Below, piece after piece: positions 59,501-64,000 of a stretch of 64,000 bases of DNA. Origin of the DNA: Klebsormidium nitens (Eukaryota; Plantae; Klebsormidiophyceae). Both the position numbers and the translations under genes were made by a program. Positions within the stretch are counted from its first letter, which is position 1. The number at the start of each line of letters is the position of its first letter. The notes under the pieces are model-generated. The model made no database searches, was not told the DNA's origin, and saw only the letters and a program-made list of their open reading frames with translations. The DNA lies in NCBI GenBank assembly GCA_000708835.1, contig DF237100.1, forward strand, positions 9,660 through 73,659. Direction: 5' to 3'.

Positions 59501-62500
59501 TTCTTTTTAGTTTCAGGCCAAGGTACGCCTCAATCCTCTTGCCACATAGTTGGTGCAAATGCTGACGTCAATTATGACGTTGCAGATGGGACACAACGTT
59601 TGTTGGGGGCGGGCTGGTGGAGCAAGTGGACGACCATGTCGATATTCTGCACCAGCTTCTGGAGTACAGAAAGCAAACGTGCGTACAGAACGTCCTCCCT
59701 TTCTCAAAGAATGTGACATAAGAACCAGTCAGTGGATGACCGAACTCGTTGTTCAGAACAGCAGATTCTTGGGCAGATTCCTGTATCCCATGAAAATTCT
59801 AGCACAGGTTGGCCGACTGCGCCTACCAATGTATGGCGCTACGATGTTGCTGTCACACATCCTGCGACCCCTTAAGAGGGCCGAAGCAACAACGAGTTGC
59901 GGCCAATTGGCAAGGACGATTAAACAATACTCTTTACAACGAATTGCTGCTGTGCTGCGCAGCTGGGACCTGTGCTTGACCCGGTACTGGCGCTACCAGA
60001 CCGACGGATCGTACGGTAAGCACCACTGAAACGCCTTGGGAGCCTGAGAATGTCAGGAAAGAGGTCGCTGATTCCCTCACTTGGAAAGGGAGACATTTAA
60101 AGTTTGAGCTGCGGCGATCCCCTGCTACACCACGACTTGTTTCTCCGGCAGTGCTCGACAGAAAGGCTTTGCATGTAGCGGGGGTTTGCATGTAACGTTG
60201 GCAGCTTATCGAGAGAGTTTTCCTTGCGTCGAAACACTCCCCACTCTAACGGACAGTGATTGCTCATGATTGACGTAAAGAAAGAAAGTAGCTGCATGCT
60301 CGTACAAGAAAGTACTCTTTGATCCGGCTTCTCGAAGTCTTTTCTTAAGTGCACTGACTTAGACGCTACCTATTGTTGCAGTGGTCTTTTACGAGTCTAC
60401 GAAGCACAAGGCCTGCAAGCCCAGGTGGGGAACCCAACGGATCAGTCTCGAGAGTGAGTCTTTGCGCAAGCCGTCGTCAGCAAACCAACAGTCTTGCCGC
60501 GACATCCTTCGTTTGTGAAGTCGGAGGTTAACCTCGTTACCGCCACTCACGCTCGCTCTTGGATACTGCCCTTCTAGAATTCAGACTTGGTGCGGGTGTC
60601 GTGATGTAACCTGACGCGATGCCGTTTCGTGCTGCGGTCCGCAAGGTTTATCCAAGAAGGCATCGACTAGTCGGGGCTTTCCAAACCCTCAACAGTCTTC
60701 CTGTTAAGAAGAATTCACACCCTTGAGAGATTCTGGTACCATCTGGCCCGATCAGCGGGGCCGTAGGTCCCATTTGCCCCTCGTTCTTTCGTTTCCACCT
60801 TATGCCGTTGCTCATCAATCCGCTTAAGGGCCCTTCCATGAGGGTTCGGCGGCATTCGCTACAGTAGCTCTCTCTGTGCTTCCTCGCAGAGTCGTCCAGC
60901 CAATAAGTTTGCGGTGGTCGCCTTCGTATGCTGCTATTAAGTCACGGATCAGTTTGACTTTGTCTCAGGTGGCGGCCTCAGCATCTCCCCCCTCCAGAGC
61001 CCCACCGGCTCGCCCCGCGCTCTCGTCGAGTACACCCTCGAACTCGAAACCGGCGCCTCGCCCCACTTCGGCTCCGGCTTTGGCAGCTGGCAGCAGAGCG
61101 TGACGGCTTATCCGGAGGGCCTGCGAAACGCCCTACTCGGGCAGATTGCCGGTAAGGCGCTCGTTCTCAAAAGTCGTCGTCAGTGCTCGCGGAAAAGCCC
61201 GTTGTGTTTAGCAGACCGATGGTAGAAGTCTGTCCTGTGAGAACGAGATCTGGGCTTCTTTCAGGTTGTGAACGTCTGATTGTTGTCAAATTGTGCCTGG
61301 GCAATCAATGCTGTCGTTCGCTTTACGTGTGGCAAGGGGCACGTTATCGGGACCATTAGAGCAGTGGTCCTTCGAATGTTTTGGACTTTCCTTTTGACCC
61401 CCATGCTACAACTCAACACTGGGTTGCATGCCCTACTCCTATTTACAGGCATCCGTGACACTACTTCCCCGCATTGGACCAAAGAGAACCCCAAACCCTG
61501 AACCTCAGAGGGCGTCAGGTCGCCGCAAACTTCAGCGACGCAACCAGTGCTAAACCTGCTTTGCAGTAAGCCGCAAGTAGTTCTGCTGACATATCGTGCA
61601 GCGATGGCAAGCCAGAATTCTTCACTGCGATGTCGCTTGACGTCCGGCGTTACAGATGACAGACCCCCACCTTCACATTCAATTTGGAGTCAACAATCGA
61701 GTCTGACTATCAACCCACTCTTGCAGGCATCCGTGACTACTATGCCTCACGTTCCCGCCCCCGCGTGGACGTCCGCCACGACAGCCCCGTCAAGGGCGTG
61801 CTCGAGCTGCTCGCGCCCAAGAAGCGCTTCCTGGACCTGCGATTCCCATCAGCCGCGGAGGGGGATAAGCTATCCTCCACCCCCGTGCTGGAGGTGAACG
61901 GGGCAAACAGGATCGACGAGGAGGAGGAGGAGCTGGAGGAGTTTTACGACGCCTTCCAGGACATGAGCTCCAGCTCGAGTAAGAGTTTTGGGACGTGGGT
62001 TGGGAAGTGTCCGGAATCGCTGTTCGAGAGTGTTTTAGAGCGGCTAATGGAGAGTCTCTGTGACGCTTGTTTGGGAAATCCATCGCTCCAACCTGGGACC
62101 GGACGATGAGACCGCTTGTTTAGGTTCACGTTGGCGTACCTGGATTCTCCCAGTGTTCGGAGAGGGATTTTGGAAAAAGACTTCCTCGCAAAAGTGCTGG
62201 AGTGATTCAAACACGATCAGGGCCTTGAGCTGATCCAAAACGACGATTGATCTCACGTCCAAATCTGGTCACTAGCGGAATCTGAGCAATCAGTGGCGGG
62301 CTGTGGAACAGTCACGTCAACCTGAATGTCCGCTTTCAAGAATTACCCCCAGCTTGGAACGTCAATGCGTCAGCATTTGCCAAGGAATGGCATTTTGGAA
62401 ACAACTCAGATGCCCTCTTTACAGAGTAAGATGCCTTCTCAGAGTCTACAAGGAGCTCGGGTTCAATTCACCTGAATCTTCTACTCGTTTCCTCCTGTGC

Positions 62501-64000
62501 TTTCTCTGTTCTGCTTCTTAGACGATGTCTGATCGCTTCTTCCGTCCTGTACAGCCAGCACCACGCCCGAGGGATCCCCCCGGGACCCGGGCTTGTGGCA
62601 GCCGGTGGAGCGCGCGCCCATTGACTGGTCGGCGTTCCGGGGCAATTTGGAGCAGGGCCCCAAGGAGAAGGGCAAGAACTGCTACAGCGACCCCGACATG
62701 GAGGTCTTCCTGCTGCGGGGCATGACCTACTTCCAGGACCGGAAAAAGGTGCGCAGCGCTTGTGTTTGGTTGTGCGAGCGGGGCGGGCTGCCAGCCACAC
62801 TGGATCACGAGTGGCTGAGAAGGCCCACATTTTGCAATATTATGACGATCTCAGAAGGAGACTGATCATTGATTCCATAAATTGCCACTTATGCAGATTG
62901 CGGTGTCTTCCGTTAAAAAGGAGTTTTACGTGACTTGGCTGTCCAACAGCTTCCTATAGGGTGACCACGGTATTGCAATTTGAGGAATTCTCACACTCCC
63001 TGGTGCTGTGTTTCAGATACCAGCTGGTGAGCCTCTGCTCCGATTAGCAGCCGTCGATTGGCTCCGATCAACCGCGAGGATCGACCGGATAGCCCAGCGT
63101 CCCAATAACGCCGTCATGCAGGTGAGACAGTATTTGTATCCCTTCGTTCTTAGGCACCGTTCTTCACTAACCAGGCTCCCCCTTGATATTGGTGCATGTG
63201 GACTTTTAGGTTTCAGTCGCTCGAGAACTGATGTGAAATTGCCGCTCAACTGCTGTCCACGTCCAATACCGTACTTGCTTTCAAAGGGCAGATTGAATAT
63301 TTGAGGCGCTGGTAGTCGGCAACGCGCACTTTAACTCTGGCAGCCGCTACGCATTCCCTTCCTCGAAGCCCAACCTGTAGATCCGCGGCTTTCACATTTT
63401 GCAAAGCCTAGCGCTTGATGATGCAACCAGCCGTTCAACACGAGGGTGCTGTTGTGTCGGTGCAGGCGGCTTCGAAGGTGGACGACCTCTTCGCGATGAT
63501 CATCAACATGCAGGTGGACTATAAGAACCTTTCCTTCTTTCGTGCAATTCGCTGAGCAATGTCCAGCCGGATATACCTGCGGACCTTTTCAAAATGCGCT
63601 GCATCTCTTGCACGAAAGTCGGCCTCCAAAGGTTCCGGAGGGACTCTTTTGAGGATCATACAGAACGTTAGACGAGCTTCGTAGGAAATCCTTCGGTCAA
63701 TTTCTTTGCCCGGATGGACGTGGCGGCAATGACGTGATTGAAGCCTGTACTCAACAGCCTGTGACGCAGCTTAATAAGGCTGGCGCACATGCAATTGCAC
63801 GCTTGGTCGTACAGAAGGAGAAGTCAGACAGGGTGCAAGAAGACCTTCTTAGAGACGGGTTTCATCTAGATCAGTGCCAAAAGCTCGGTGTTCACGGCGA
63901 GTTGGGGTACCTTAAAGGGTGTTCACTCCTTCTTTAGATGATGCTTTTGTTCCAAACATTCGTGGGGTTTCGATTCTCGCAGCTCCCGGGCAAGACGCAG
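56597..64000 (+). CDS. EDR2: EDR2-like PH-START-DUF1336 lipid-binding protein (3'-partial)
   Basis: PH: KRYLVLKGRRFEVF...KWIQAITASVEG. START: VLGVVEASTEAVFNLVMDL, EQVDDHVDILH, DLCLTRYWRYQTDGSY-VVFYES...SGGLSISPL. C-terminal: IDWSAFRGNL, FLLRGMTYFQDRKK-IPAGEPLLRLAAVDWL, FAMIINMQ (63466-63513). Confidence 0.92.

Noticed and set aside
62455-62480. GGTTCAATTC T-loop-like sequence suggesting a tRNA
   Set aside because: No acceptor, D or anticodon stems could be built around it.
1-64000. CRISPR array, rRNA or prokaryotic operon structure
   Set aside because: No regularly spaced repeat-spacer array or rRNA-like sequence was seen; the genes are spliceosomal-intron-containing eukaryotic genes.

Overview
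Eukaryotic, intron-rich nuclear DNA (roughly 50% GC, GT-AG introns, three N-gaps). The gene set and style suggest a green alga or charophyte such as Klebsormidium; this is inference only. Well-supported spliced genes: mitochondrial FAD glycerol-3-phosphate dehydrogenase (SDP6), an NmrA-like protein, a LAF3/YtcJ amidohydrolase, two inverted paralogues of a 2OG-Fe(II) oxygenase-like protein, an intronless F-box gene, a membrane-anchored dynamin/EHD-like GTPase, KdsD/SETH3 and an EDR2-like PH-START gene running off the right edge. The first ~9 kb is an accessory, transposon-rich zone. It holds a Crypton/Ndc10-like tyrosine-recombinase-derived gene, a decayed gene carrying a 2A-like motif (MLLLRGNVETNPGP), a TG...CA insertion with a 4-bp target-site duplication (TSD), a CAGGG-terminated MITE and inverted-repeat arrays. 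An AT-rich, intronless OTU deubiquitinase fragment near 36.3-37.0 kb looks foreign. The most novel-looking signals are the 2A-like motif next to the Crypton-like gene, the OTU insert, and loss of catalytic residues in both 2OG oxygenase paralogues. Family calls come from motif recognition by eye; no database search was run.
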